Assembly (NCBI GenBank): GCA_028534125.1
Contig: CM052817.1
Location: 6,140,001 to 6,204,000, forward strand
Source of the DNA: Lama glama
Lineage: Eukaryota
Direction: 5' to 3'
DNA length: 64,000 nucleotides
In this document: piece by piece, positions 11,025-23,719 of the stretch
Layout of the letters: each line of letters starts with the position of its first letter
Numbering within the stretch: position 1 is the stretch's first letter
Notes under the pieces: generated by a model
What the model was told of the DNA's origin: nothing
The model's database searches: none
What the model saw: only the letters and a program-made list of their open reading frames with translations
Translations under genes and position numbers: made by a program

Positions 11025-12478
11025 CCCCCATCTCAGACTGAGAGGAGCTTGACAATATCCGAGTGGAGAGCGCCAGTCTGCGTCAGGTGAGAGGTCACCC
11101 TCAGTGGGAATCCCTCAGGTGCTGAATCGTGTCTTTACAACTTCAATTGAAAGAAAATGCAGATGCTGCCTGTGTTCTACACACTTTGTGTGAATGTGGT
11201 TCTTCCATTCTTTTCCTGCAGCTCAATAAAATGGGGGAGGGGGTGGAGGGTGACTGACTGGTGCTGCAAGGGGTCCCCACAGACCAGAACTTAGATCCAG
11301 AGAGCAGTGCAAGTTCCCCTAAACTGCCCTGTTGGGCGCCCAGCTGGGCTTCAGTCTGGAGTCTACAGAATGGTGAGATAGGGGAGGTTGAGCCTGGATT
11401 CTCCACCTGCTTTGAGCAAATTATTTAGTCTTTTTTGGTTTTTTTTTGTCACAAAAAGTTGCAAAATGCCTGACACACAGAAAGGCTCGAGGACTTTGAG
11501 CCCACTGTCTTCGTTAGTCTGTGAAGCTTACTATCAGCATCAACATTTTGGAGGGGATTGGGGAGGAGAGGTTTTCTCAGCCAAGGACAGAGCAGGTGAC
11601 TCCTGTGAAAGACCAGTCAGGCTGTCTGACTGTGGATGGGAAGAGGGGCTCACCTGGTCCCCTGGGGGTCCCTGGGGAGGGACAGAGGGGCAGTGACAGC
11701 ACAGCTGCAGTGGAAAGGAGATGAAAACTGAAGCACTGGCAGGGGAAGATTTCACAGCCCAGTTCTGGGGAGAGAAGTGATTGAGGGGGTGGATAGATGG
11801 GGAGGGCAGAGGCGAGGGAGGCGGGAAGGGAGCTGAGTCTGAGGATAACTCTGTGGTCTGTGCCCAGTTAAGACAGTCTGCCCTGCACCCAGCACCTCCG
11901 TCACTTGGAAATAGGCTTCCAAACCCCCAACTCAGAAAAGTGGGGGCCCTTCTGAGCTCTTTTCTGAACCTCTTCCAGAACTGTCGTGCAACTGGGAAAG
12001 GGAAAGAGACAGCCTGAATTTGCATTCTTGGAACACAAATGCTGCCAAGACCAGGACCCCTGGATTCCAGCCAGGACCACAGAGCTGAGTTGGTCCAATC
12101 CCCAGGCTCTGAGAGAACCTCTCATCTGGGCCAGGACTGGGGGAATCCTGGATTTGCGCCACTAGCCTGATGGGGATGAGTCCGGTGCGGCCAGGGCTGG
12201 GCCAGCTCCTTCTCCTCTTTCTGTGGGGTCTTCTGTTCTCCATGAGCCCCTGGCCTCCAGCGTGGTGCTTTTCACATTGTAAACTCTAGAAATACCTTTG
12301 GGTGATAAAAAGACCCCTGCATTTTCATTGTGGGGATTTGGAATCAGAAAGTCAGTTACAAAGATCATCATTATTGTTCATCTATATATATGAATACTTA
12401 TGTGGATTGGCTTCTACAGTCATGATTTTAAAAAATTTACTCTCACAACAAATACTGTGGGGGTGGGGACTTGAGCTC

Positions 12479-12917
12479 TGAGGTAGGTAGAATTGTGCCC
12501 CCCCCCAAAATAATATCTGTGTTTGAGTCATCACTCCTGGGTACCTGTGACTGTGACCTTATTTGAAAATAGGGAATTTGCTGATGCAATTGCATCAAGA
12601 TAAGGTCATAATGGAGTCATGTGGATCCTAATCCAAAGACTAGTGTCCTTATAAGTAGAGGGAAATTGGGATACAGAGACACACAAGGACGACATCGCAT
12701 AAAGACAGAGACAGAACGGAGTGATGCGTGTTCAAGGCAATCACCAGGAGCAGGGAGAAAGGCCTGGGAGATCCTCCCCTGGCGCCTCCAGAAGGAAGCA
12801 GCCATGTGACACCTTGACCTCAGACTTCTGTTCTCCTGAACTGAGAGGCCACCAGTTTCTTTTGCTTCAAACCACCTGACTGGTGAGACTTCACCACCGC
12901 CTCAGGAAGTAGACACA
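12479..12917 (+). mobile_element. MaLR LTR (MLT1B/C-like) inserted in a MIR
   Basis: TG...CA termini; GAATTGTGCCCCCCCC, GTGACCTTATTTGAAAATAGG; TSD AGCTC/GGCTC; MIR continues GGCTCAGAAGGTTGAGTTGCTTGC. Confidence 0.88.
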
Positions 12918-14197
12918 GGCTCAGAAGGTTGAGTTGCTTGCTCGTCACGTGAAGTCAGGGGCCTGGCCAGGATTTAGAAGCTGTTTATGTCCTGTCTCAG
13001 TCTGAGACTCGAGTCCTGACTCCTGGCTCAGGCCCTTTTCGTTGGCCCAGGTCCCTCTTTGTCTGGGTGTTGGATTTGCAAGTCTGGGAGCCTCCGGCAA
13101 ATCCCTGAGCTGTCACTCACAAGAGAGTCATTCATTCACAGAAGCTGTTCAGGCCCAACCTTTCCTGGACCAAGTTTGAGGATCCTGGAGACTGGACCAG
13201 TGTCAGCTGAAGCCGGGTTGAAATGAAAAGATGGATGTTTCCGCTGGAGTGTGAGTGCTTGTGCCTGTGCGTCGTGTGTGTGTTCTCTCGTTCTGTGTCT
13301 CTCTGTTTGAAAACAAAGCTTATTTATTACAGAGACACGGAAATATGCAAATTAAAGGTGGGGTGGGGCTAAAGTGCTATGCAGTGAACACCCTCCTTTA
13401 CTCTCCCAGGCCTTTTCCTGTCCTTTGTGGCGACGTGCGAGACAATCCAGGCTGTTAAGTGTTCAGTTTTCCCCAGATGCAGAGAACAGTGCAGTCCAAG
13501 GTAGAGAAGGCAGAATGTTATTTTCAGAAATAGGCAGAAGCAGCATAAAACACAGGCATGATCTTAAGAGAAATCAAGCCAAAAGAGGAATCCGACATGT
13601 TGCTCATGGACAGAGAAAGGAGAGCTTGCAAGACCCTTCAGGCTTACTTTAGGAGAGAAGTTGCGTTCCTCCTGAATGCCGTCCACATGAGAAACAAGAA
13701 AACAGTGGACGCGTTTTGAGGTCTCTCCTTGTGTGTGGGTGCAATTCTCTGCCCACCAGCTTGGCTCCTCAGCCCCCCACCCCGCACCCCACCACCATCT
13801 CCTACAGGCTGTCAGCTCCTCTGTTTATTTGACAGATTAAGCCACACAGCCATTGAGTGGCAGTCTGGACTGGAGCTCACATTTCCTATCCCTGAGCTCT
13901 GCACACCTTTTGGCAAAGTCCTTTCTTTTATTTTTTAAATTAGAAAAGTTGCACATGCTCTTTGAAGACAAACTCAGCACAACACGGAAATTCAGCCTGG
14001 GGAGAGCCCTTTCCCTGGCTTGGCTCTTCCTCTCACCTCTCCATCCTTGTCCTCGCCACTTTTCAGTTCTAGGATCCTGTTTGTAAATAGCCTTCCAGAC
14101 CCACCCAACACACATACCTTCACACCTACACGTGCATCCTCACCCTTCACCAAATAGAATTATAGCAATTTGCTCTTAGACAAAATAGTTTTTGAAT

Positions 14198-14697
14198 NNN
14201 NNNNNNNNNNNNNNNNNNNNNNNNNNNNNNNNNNNNNNNNNNNNNNNNNNNNNNNNNNNNNNNNNNNNNNNNNNNNNNNNNNNNNNNNNNNNNNNNNNNN
14301 NNNNNNNNNNNNNNNNNNNNNNNNNNNNNNNNNNNNNNNNNNNNNNNNNNNNNNNNNNNNNNNNNNNNNNNNNNNNNNNNNNNNNNNNNNNNNNNNNNNN
14401 NNNNNNNNNNNNNNNNNNNNNNNNNNNNNNNNNNNNNNNNNNNNNNNNNNNNNNNNNNNNNNNNNNNNNNNNNNNNNNNNNNNNNNNNNNNNNNNNNNNN
14501 NNNNNNNNNNNNNNNNNNNNNNNNNNNNNNNNNNNNNNNNNNNNNNNNNNNNNNNNNNNNNNNNNNNNNNNNNNNNNNNNNNNNNNNNNNNNNNNNNNNN
14601 NNNNNNNNNNNNNNNNNNNNNNNNNNNNNNNNNNNNNNNNNNNNNNNNNNNNNNNNNNNNNNNNNNNNNNNNNNNNNNNNNNNNNNNNNNNNNNNNN
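14198..14697. other. Assembly gap (500 N)
   Basis: Run of N; 13999-14197 is repeated exactly at 14698-14896. Confidence 0.99.
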
Positions 14698-14899
14698 GGG
14701 GAGAGCCCTTTCCCTGGCTTGGCTCTTCCTCTCACCTCTCCATCCTTGTCCTCGCCACTTTTCAGTTCTAGGATCCTGTTTGTAAATAGCCTTCCAGACC
14801 CACCCAACACACATACCTTCACACCTACACGTGCATCCTCACCCTTCACCAAATAGAATTATAGCAATTTGCTCTTAGACAAAATAGTTTTTGAATATG

Positions 14900-15260
14900 T
14901 TTCCACATCATACGCATATTTGTGCCATCCTTAAAAAAAATTCTAAATAGTCCATAATAAAGATGAACAAATTTTGCATCATTTGCTTAGTAACGGGCAT
15001 TTAAGAATCTCCTAGAGTCTTGGGGTTGCCAGCAGTGATGGATGGCGCCCCAAGGTCTGCACAGTGTGCATGACTAAGCACCTCTCTCAGAAGAACAGTT
15101 GCTGGACCAGTGGGTCTGGGTATATTAGTATCAGTGCTTCCAAGTTACATTTTACAGTTGATACCCAGTAACTTCCAATTTACACCGCTAAATTATAATC
15201 TTTAACTATTCTAAGATATTTTTAAAAATTTGGCAATATTTATTTTAATCTCCAAGAATT
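14900..15260 (-). mobile_element. Very degraded L1M(E)-like fragment
   Basis: Weak matches such as GGGCATTTAAG, GTTGCTGGACCAGTGGGT and CCAATTTACACC to the antisense L1ME ORF2 end. Confidence 0.35.
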
Positions 15261-15271
15261 CTCCTTCTTCT

Positions 15272-15278
<7 letters not shown>

Positions 15279-15311
<33 letters not shown>
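15279..15311. repeat. (CT)n microsatellite
   Basis: Directly visible. Confidence 0.95.
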
Positions 15312-15314
<3 letters not shown>

Positions 15315-15449
15315 CAGTTCTTATCTGGGGGATGCGATAGTGTCATGAATCTTTGCTGGCATCACCCGGAAGGGTGATACAAGGAATAAAGCAAAACATT
15401 GCCTACTTTTTAACCAATCTCTTTTTCCTCTGTTCTTGTCACATGGCTT

Positions 15450-15640
15450 GAATTTGGAGTCTGGCTCAACCTCCTACTAGTTGTGTGATCTTGGGAAGTT
15501 TGGACCCTTCTGTGTTGCAGCCTTCTTATCTGTAAAATGGGATAGCAGTGGTGTCTTCCTCAAAGAGGTTTGTGAGAGTTAAGTGAGGCCGGAGTGTGAG
15601 GCACTTAGACTCTGCCTTGCTTATAGTAAGTGCTCACAGT
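15450..15640 (+). mobile_element. MIR
   Basis: TACTAGTTGTGTGATCTTGGG..TCTGTAAAATGGGATAGCAG..ATAGTAAGTGCTCA. Confidence 0.8.
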
Positions 15641-16137
15641 TACCCCGCATGCTTATCTGATGCTGTCAGTTTTCCTTAAATTTCTGTTGATCCCTGGCTC
15701 TAGACTGAACAGGGTGAGGAAAAAAAACGAGGAATCACAGTGGGTGAGTGGGTGTTGTGGGTTTCCTCAGCCCCTGTTCATTTCCTCTGCCCAGGGCTCT
15801 TCTCTAGGAGAGAAAGACCTTGGACCACATGGGTCAGTGAGCAGGAAATGAGCAGTGAGCAGGTGGAGGGTTTCATGGGACAACCTTGGGGACACACTGG
15901 CATCATTTTAATGGACTAGATAACACAGTTTTGCATTGTCAGCCAGGCCCATGTATGCTTTTAAATTCTTGGGCAGAGCTGCTTTTATCATTATTTTCCC
16001 CTTCCCTTCCCAGTCGCTGCCTCATACCTGAGATACGAGGACTTGGAGGTTAAGACTTCCCAGAGATTTGCTCTACGTAACTCTCTAACAGGGAAGGACT
16101 CCTAGGAGGGGATATTTACCCCATTTACAACTTGTAT

Positions 16138-16440
16138 TTATTTATTCATTCACCGAATACTTATTGAGCACCTTTGCTGGTCCCACTTCTAGGCACAGAT
16201 AACGTAGTAATAAAGAAACTGGCTCGACTCTCGTGGAGCTGACAGTCCAGCAGGTGGGGGAGACAGACTGTGCACAGAGAAAGAAGCGTCTGAGGGGAAG
16301 GCACTCAGCTCTGCTTTCGTCTGGTGCTTTTTCTCAGTCGTGGTGGAAATTAAGTGAACAAGGGACAAGTGTGTTTTGCTCTGAGGACCAGATGAGCAGC
16401 ACCAAGAGGCAAGTAGTGTGAGCACCTGTCCAAGGCGGGA
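16138..16440 (-). mobile_element. L2 3' end
   Basis: TTCATTCACCGAATACTTATTGAGCACC..CTCGTGGAGCTGACAGTCCAG. Confidence 0.7.
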
Positions 16441-17624
16441 TGTAAGGTTTTTGAGCTTCCCCTCCACTGAGGACATTGCTGAGTTCCCTGAGAAGCTGGA
16501 GTTGGCCAGGTGGGATTTCTGGGGCGGAAGCTGGAGCCCTTTCCTCTAGTTCTTTGTGGGCGGCAGCCATTTCCCCAGCATCCTTGGTTTAGAGCATTGC
16601 TGGAAATCCGTATTGAGTTTGTCTTCCAGCCTTTCCCCAAGTGAGCTGCCCAATATTCTTTAAAAAAAGAAACTTTTCTCTGTGTCAATATTCAGAGTCA
16701 TCTTGCATTGCTTGCAACCAAGACCCCCAACTGAGGGTCAGACTCTGTGTTAAATATCGTTCCCAAGCATTAAACTGCAATCAATCCTCCAAACAAGTCT
16801 GTGACAAAGGCTTCTTACCATCGTGGTAAAGACATGGAAACTGAGACTGAAAAATGCAGCATCACACAGCTCTTCCAAGCCAGAACACAAATCCAAGTCC
16901 ACATGACTCTCCGTCTCTGCCTTTTCAAATACGCCATCCTGGTTATGTGTCTTCCGTCTTAATTCAGGATTGGTTCTGAGTACAGAACAAAAAGACTCCA
17001 AAGGGAAAATAAAAATGGACCTAGCTCTGAGAGGATGAGACAGAGGAGCTGTGAGAAAGTTGAACTTGAACGAAGAAAAGTGTGGGTTTTCATGTGAAAA
17101 GCACCCAGGGCAGTTCGAGATTGTCTCCACATGCAGGGAAGGCATCAGTCAACATCACACTGACATTCCACCTCCCTTTCCCCAGCAGGATGTGCAGTTT
17201 CTTCATATCCATGTCGATCCAAGCTAACGCAAGAATGTCAAACTTATCCTCATTAATTTTAATTTTATAACATTTTTCTCCATCCTGTGTAAAACTTCTC
17301 TTTGAATGTTATAATCTGCTCAGCTCGGGTACATTCACACTTGAATTATTTAACCTTGGCTAATTTTTTGAATACTTCCCTCCAAAGCTCCCAGCACACA
17401 TTCTGCAATAACACAGCATTTCAAGTGGAGTAATCAAGATTTCTCGTGATATGACTTCTCTTTTCATTTGTTCCAGGTCTCTTCATTATTTTACCCTTTT
17501 TTTCTCTTAGTAGGTGGGAGCAGAGGATTTAAACTGAACATCAGGCATGAAGAAAAGCTTCAATTCAGACCAGGAACAAATGTGTATGTGCCTGAAGGTG
17601 CTGTAATCCTTGGAAAACAATGGA

Positions 17625-17880
17625 ATATATTCTGGATTTAAAAAATCTATATATATATGAATTGCAATCAAGAAGGGGAAAATAAGTATTGAACTTAGTT
17701 GGAAATCTCAGCTTTTTTAATTTCATTTTTTTTTTAACTTTGGGGAAGTCAATCATGTTCTCTGAAACAGAGTTCCTTTATTTTTTTTACATAGATAGTC
17801 TCTCATAATCTATGAAAAGAATAATAATATATAGTTTCATAGCTATTGTGAGGATTGAAGAAGTACAAATAACTCAAGCA
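17625..17880 (+). mobile_element. Degraded MIR
   Basis: ACTTTGGGGAAGTCAATC..TCATAGCTATTGTGAGGATTGAA. Confidence 0.5.
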
Positions 17881-18229
17881 AAACCACATAGCATATACTT
17901 GAGAAAGCTGGGCTTTGGACTCATATATATCTGGCATTAAAACTACATTTATTCCACAAAATGACTGTCAAGAAGACTATTAGAATGTGTAGGGCATTGA
18001 GGTCAAGGTGAACAATGGGTCTTAAGCCAGGGAAGTGGACAGAAACCAGGACAGAAATTCCAAAAGATGCTGTAGCGAGTCCCCAGCCAGTATGACCATG
18101 GAAACAAGAGAGGGCAAGGGCAAGCCGATGTCAGGCTTCGATTTAGGGCACCTGTTCTTGCCAGTCCTCAGTAATGGAAATTTCCAACTCCTTGAGCCAA
18201 AGTCCTATCCTACGCTTTGGTTAAGACGT

Positions 18230-18860
18230 CCATCCCTTCATCCATCCATCCGACCCTCCATCCATCTCCCATCCATCAGCCTAACTGCCCATCCAACATA
18301 TGTTGAGCCTTTTTTGCATGGTGGGTACAGTGCTCAGAGACACAGTGCTGAGAAAACTAGCTCAGTTCCTGTCTTCTTAGAGTTTGTAACATGGTGGGGG
18401 TCTCAAGAAGCATCAATGTAGTGATGACATACATATGTAAATGAGAATTGGTGAATACCACGAAGAAAAGGCACCTGTGGTAACAATAACACGCAAGGGA
18501 GGCCTGACCTAATTTCGCCCCGAGGAATGGTGTCCGACCTGCATGGAGGTGGGCACGAACTAGGAAAGGCCATGACGACAGCAGGGCGTCGTGCGGAGAG
18601 GGGCTGAGCCTGGCCTTCGGTCGCTCACTGGCACTGTGTTCCCTCTGCGTGGCTGCAGGACCAAGACCCAGCAGCAGAGGCCAAGGCCCCGACGGATGGG
18701 AGGGCAAGGCCCGCCCTCACAGGCCATGGAAGTGTCTTGTCTTTATCTTAAGCACGTGGGGAAGCCTGGCAAGGGTTTGGTGGCGGTCACATTGATAATG
18801 TAACTTGCATTTTGAAATGGTTACTCAGACTTCAAAGAGACTGACTTGGGGTGAGAAGTG
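18230..18860 (-). mobile_element. L2 fragment preceded by (CCAT)n
   Basis: CATCCAACATATGTTGAGCC..CAGTTCCTGTCTTCTTAGAGTTTGTAA..CTTGCATTTTGAAATGGTTACTC. Confidence 0.65.
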
Positions 18861-19033
18861 ATGGGGGCGTCTGTTGGTGAGCCATGGTCCAGGCACTGCC
18901 ATTGTGCTTATGGTCAAACCATTAGCAAATCCTTTCCTGGGGCTGGAACCCAAGGCCTAGGAGAGGAATCAGCCCTGACAATAGGAAATAGTACAGGTGG
19001 GGTGAGGGGAGGGGAACTAAATGCCTTACAGAC

Positions 19034-19470
19034 TGTTAATTCCCCAGGGGTGCCTTGACGACACACCACACACTGAGTGGCTCTAGATAACAGAACCTGT
19101 GTCCCTCATGGTTCTGGAGGCTGGACATCTGACATCAAGGCGCCCACAGGGCCGTGCTTTCTCTGAAGCCTCTAGAAGAATCCATTGCAGTCCTTCTACT
19201 TTGCTCCTTGGAGCTCCTTGGCCTGTGGGCACATCATTCCAATCCCTGCCTCCGTCTTCATGTGGCCTTCCCCCTGTGTCTCTGTCTTTATAGGGCCAGC
19301 TTTTTATAAGGACACCACTCATACTGCACTGGGCTGCATCCTAATGACCACATCTTAACATGATTACATCTGCAAAGAGCCTATTTCTAAATAAGGTCTC
19401 ATTCACAGGTAGCCGGGTTTAGGGCTTACAACATTAATTTTTGGGGGCGGACACAATTCAATTTATAACA
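19034..19470 (-). mobile_element. MaLR LTR (MLT1C-like)
   Basis: GTTCTGGAGGCTGGACATCTGACATCAAGG..GATTACATCTGCAAAGAGCCTATTTCTAAATAAGGTC..ACACAATTCAATTTATAACA; TSD CAGAC/CAGAT. Confidence 0.9.
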
Positions 19471-19559
19471 CAGATGTCATTCTCAGGCCCTATGACAATG
19501 TCCACATGACAAACGTCCCTTCTGTACTGGTGACTTCCCTCCACACGCTAAATGCCAGA

Positions 19560-19745
19560 TACGTGCTTGGATTGTCCATACTTCACAGACAGCCCACCCA
19601 ACAGTGCTCTGGGGAAGGCACCCCCATCTTCATGCCACAGAGATTTGGGGAGGTTAAGTGAGCCTCCCATTCTGCACAGCTGGGAAGTCAAAGAGTGGCA
19701 TTTGTGCTTATAGTTTATTTCTGTATTATTTCAAAGCCCTGGCTC
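19560..19745 (-). mobile_element. MIR
   Basis: GGAGGTTAAGTGAGCCTCCCA..CACAGCTGGGAAGTCAAAGAGTGGCATT. Confidence 0.55.
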
Positions 19746-21559
19746 TTTCATTTTTACCTTTCTCTGTCCTGGACGGTGGATTCCTACCTTGAATTCCCTG
19801 TGCACCCAGGACGTCCCCTGCAAAGAGAGATCTCGAGCTAATCACTGCTGCATCCAGAACGTCTCAGATGGGGGTCTTCAGGAGAGCACACCAGTGCTCA
19901 GGAATTTCTCTTCTGACTTTTTAACAAGTACAGTTGGTAATTAGCTTTTGAATAATACTGCTCTCTGCCACATTCTAATTGTTAAAAATTGTACAATCAA
20001 AATCTCCATTAAAATAAGTGTGCCTCATTATTGGTGTAATTAGGTTTAAATGACAGAGTTTTAGGGAAATTGAGGTTGCTGTTTTCCTGTCCTTTCATCT
20101 GTCTCTCTTCCTTCCTTTTCTATCTCCTTTCTTTCCTTCCTTCCTCCCATTTTCATTTCCTCTTTCTTTCTGTCTCCCGTATGTGTGATTGTGTGTGGGT
20201 GTGCATGTATGTGTGTGTTTGAGAAAATAACAAAAATACAAAAAGTCGCTCAGCTTTTCCACTACAGGTCTAATTCTTCGTCAAGTGATAATAGTATGCT
20301 TTTCTCTTTTAGGGTCTGATTCATAAGAAGAAAAGATTCTCTTAGGGCAATCAAGAGAAATTGGCAAAAGGGACATGGATTGGACTGGATTTTACATCAC
20401 CTGGATTAGCTACATGCATCTGCAGTGCATTTTTGCCTTTGGCCTTTCTCTAAGTCATCATTTTACCTTTAACACGGCAGAGGCATGCATTAGAGAGACT
20501 GAAAGCTTTGAAATCAGAGACATTAGGTCAAATCTTGATTTAGACACTTCTCCGAGGTCTGATATCATGTTTCTCTTTCTCTGTCTGGCCCTCAAACTCA
20601 TTAATTTCTTTGAACTTTCACAAACACTTACTGAGTACTTTCTTATAATGCACTATTTTAGGGACTGAGAATAGAACAGTGGTCAGAAAGATATTTCTGA
20701 TCTCCAGGTACTTATATTCAAATTTTGTGTTTTATGTATTTTCTGTGGTGTCTGAGGAAACTTTTCCCTCAGGTATACTTGATATATTATGTTATCCAAA
20801 TCCATAGCTGCCATACAGATGAATCCCTGATATAATGGTAGCTAAGATCTTCCTGAAAAATCCCTATGATTTTAATCTCCATTGGCTTTTTCCATTGGGT
20901 TGTCCCTAAACACACATAAAGCCCAATGCTGAGTTGATAATCTAACCCCACCAATGAATTTCTTCCCTAGAGTTGCTTAGCTACACAACCTAACAGATAT
21001 GTGGTGATGTACATAAAACGTCTGAAAATGAGTACACTGTCTTGTCTTGTTCCTGCTTGTACCATCAGTCGATAGTCAATAAATACATGTTAAGTAAATG
21101 ATGGAGTGAGTGAATTAGGAGGATGTGGTCTAGGAGAGGAGGTAGATATATGAAAAAAATCTTCTATAGTTCTCCCAGTACAGAAGACATCACCAAATCC
21201 AGCCTAGTAGATAAAATCTTCAGTCCTTAAGTGGAGGCTTGAATGAAGTGCTGTGGGAAGGCATCACTGCAAGGCCTGGCCAAGTCACAATATTCTTTGA
21301 AGGAGGTAACATGTTACTTGGGTCATCAAAGGATAGCAGAGAGTTTTACATGGAGAAAACCTGCAGGGAAAATGAGAGAATGGGTAAAGGAGAAGAGTCA
21401 CAACTGATCTGTTGAATAAGCTGAATTTGATACAGTGTAACCTACAACACTTTAAAAATGTTCCCCTCCTCTGCCATCAAGCCCATCAAGAGGGAGAGTC
21501 ATCTCTCCCTTTCCAAAATTTGGGTGATGTCTGGAAAGAGTTTTTAAACCACTTTCATG

Positions 21560-22195
21560 TATGTATCAGTCAGCTATTTTTGTAACAATGCTCTGTAACA
21601 AACCATTTCAAACTTAATGGCTTTCAGCAGTGAGCAAAAATTCTCAGTTGCCCTCTCTGCAGGGTGACTGTGGTTCAGCTGGACTAGATTAGTCTTGACT
21701 GGGAAGTTCTCTGACGACAGGTCAGCTGGCTTTGCATATGGGCTCTTGGTCTGCTCCACTGCCTTATTCTGTGTCCAGTAAAAAGGCTCTGAAACCAGCA
21801 GCAAGAAAGGAAGGATGCAGCCTGTTGTGTTATCATTGCTTGTTTTGGTATTCCTTAGCACTTCCCACAGACATTCCAGCTCTCTTTCCTTCTCAGAACT
21901 GTAAGACCACGCTTGGACCTCCATTTAAAGTTAGCTGTGGCCATGTGACTTTCTTTAGCCAATGAGCTGTGTACCATTTTGATGGAACTATAAAAATCAG
22001 TTAATGCTTCATTTTCCCTTCCTGGATACACCAACAGTATTCAGCTTGTGTCTCTGGATAATGTAATTAGCAGAGCTTCTGGGGTGGACATGAAACATGA
22101 GTGAGAAAGAAGTCTTTGTTTTAAGTTAAGGAGGTGCATATGTGTGTGCATGCGTGTGTGATCACAGCATAACTTAGCTTATCTTTACTGCTAAT
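21560..22195. mobile_element. Old MaLR LTR fragments (MLT1H/I/J-like), probably two pieces in opposite orientation
   Basis: TGTATCAGTCAGCTATTTTTGTAACAATGC (reverse-strand type); AGTTAGCTGTGGCCATGTGACTTTCTTTAGCCAATGA and CACAGCATAACTTAGCTTATC (forward type). Confidence 0.6.
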
Positions 22196-23296
22196 GCTCC
22201 CACTTTCCCTCTCTGCTGCATTCACCATTTCTGACTCCTCTCCTAACATGAGGAGGGATGAGGAAAAATTTGGTATAGTTTTATGTAGCTGGTGCAGGTG
22301 TAGGGCTCCCTTAAGTGTTAAATGCTCTTTGACATGACAGATGTCTTAAGGTTGACCTTCCCTCCTGGGGTGTTTGAAGAGTATCTTACAGTACAAAGGC
22401 TGGATTCCTCATTCTGCGCTACTTCCTGAGAAGGGTAATTCTTGATTCTTCTGATGGCTCTTGACTCTGCTTCTATTCTTACATCTGATGAGATTCTTCC
22501 AGTAATTTTCTGCTGGCTTCTCGATGTCTCCTGCAGGCAGACCTATTGAAGAGGGTCCTTTTGAGACCACGCTAATCCATCTGCTCTATGCGGTATCCCC
22601 TAGACACAAAGGAAGCCTGACCTTGCTGCACTGTTGCAGAAGTGCTGTTCCCACTGCAGTTCTCTGTCCCCTGTCTGCTGCTGGGGCAGATCCAGCCAGC
22701 CTTTCCCACGGAGGTAAGTATCCAGCACCATCCCTGTGCCCTTCTATTTGAGGCATGAATCAATTCATCAGAAAGTTCTCACCACATTTTGTGAAGCCCA
22801 GTGTCAGGACTGGAACTCAAGGCCTCCTCTCATACCTGTTCCAACCTCCCCAGAGAGAGGAGGAAAATTCTCAGTCCATCCTTCTAGACTGACAACTTTC
22901 CAAAAAATAAAAAATCTACTTAATGACTCTGGGCTGTACTGATGGACAGTTAGGCTGGGGGTGAGCTTTGGGTCTCAGGACTTGTTTTGTCCATCTCTCC
23001 TGCAGTCTGGCAGAGACGGACTTAGCTCCTCCTGATAGAACATATGAGCAATGCACCTTGATGGTCCCAGCTTTTGGGTCTCAATAAAAATTACAGAGGC
23101 AAACATCCATTTACCATTTTACAGAGTTTCAAAAGACTACCACTTGTCCCAGGAGAAGTGAGAAGCTCGGGGTGAACAGTGATAAAGAACACATAGTCCT
23201 GTTTTCCGTGATGCCTGGTACCCTGCTTTCTGTTTCTGGGGGTTTTCAGTCCAACTCAGATCATACCTTTCTTTCTCAGCATCACTTGTTACCACC

Positions 23297-23719
23297 TGTA
23301 GTAGGTTAACTAGTGTTCCCCCTCCCAGGTTTCATCTCTACTGCGAACCTCAGAATGTGGCCTTATTTGGAAATAGGGCCTTTGCACTAGATTAGGGTGG
23401 GCCCTAAATCCAATGATTGGTACCCTTATAACTAGAGAGTAGGACACACTAGGACACAGAGAAGTGCACCCTGTGAGGAAGGAGGCAGAGACTGGACTGA
23501 TGCAGTTACAAATCAGTGATCACCAAGGATGTCCAGGAACCAGCAGAAGCTGGAAGAGGCAAGGAGAGATTCTCCCCTAAGGCCCCTGGAGGGACTACAG
23601 CCCTGCTGACAGCTTGATTTGGACTTCTGTCCTCCAGAGCCATGAGAGAATACATTTCTATCATTTTAAGCCACCCAGTTTGTGGACATTTGTCATAGCA
23701 GCTGCAGGAAACTAATAGA
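23297..23719 (+). mobile_element. MaLR LTR (MLT1C-like) inserted in an L2
   Basis: TGTAGTAGGTTAAC..GTGGCCTTATTTGGAAATAGGG..GGAAACTAATAGA; TSD CCACC/TCACC; L2-like flanks to ~23870. Confidence 0.9.

Noticed and set aside
11540..12243. Cluster of overlapping ORFs up to 161 aa
   Set aside because: GC-richer sequence gives ORFs on both strands; no recognisable domain or consistent exon structure; partly L2-like.
14160..14856. ORFs of ~175-230 aa here and at 37621-38327 and 54540-55187
   Set aside because: Artefacts of reading through runs of N.
13999..14896. Biological direct repeat or LTR pair
   Set aside because: The copies are identical and abut an assembly gap, with no TG...CA ends or TSD; most likely a contig-overlap artefact.
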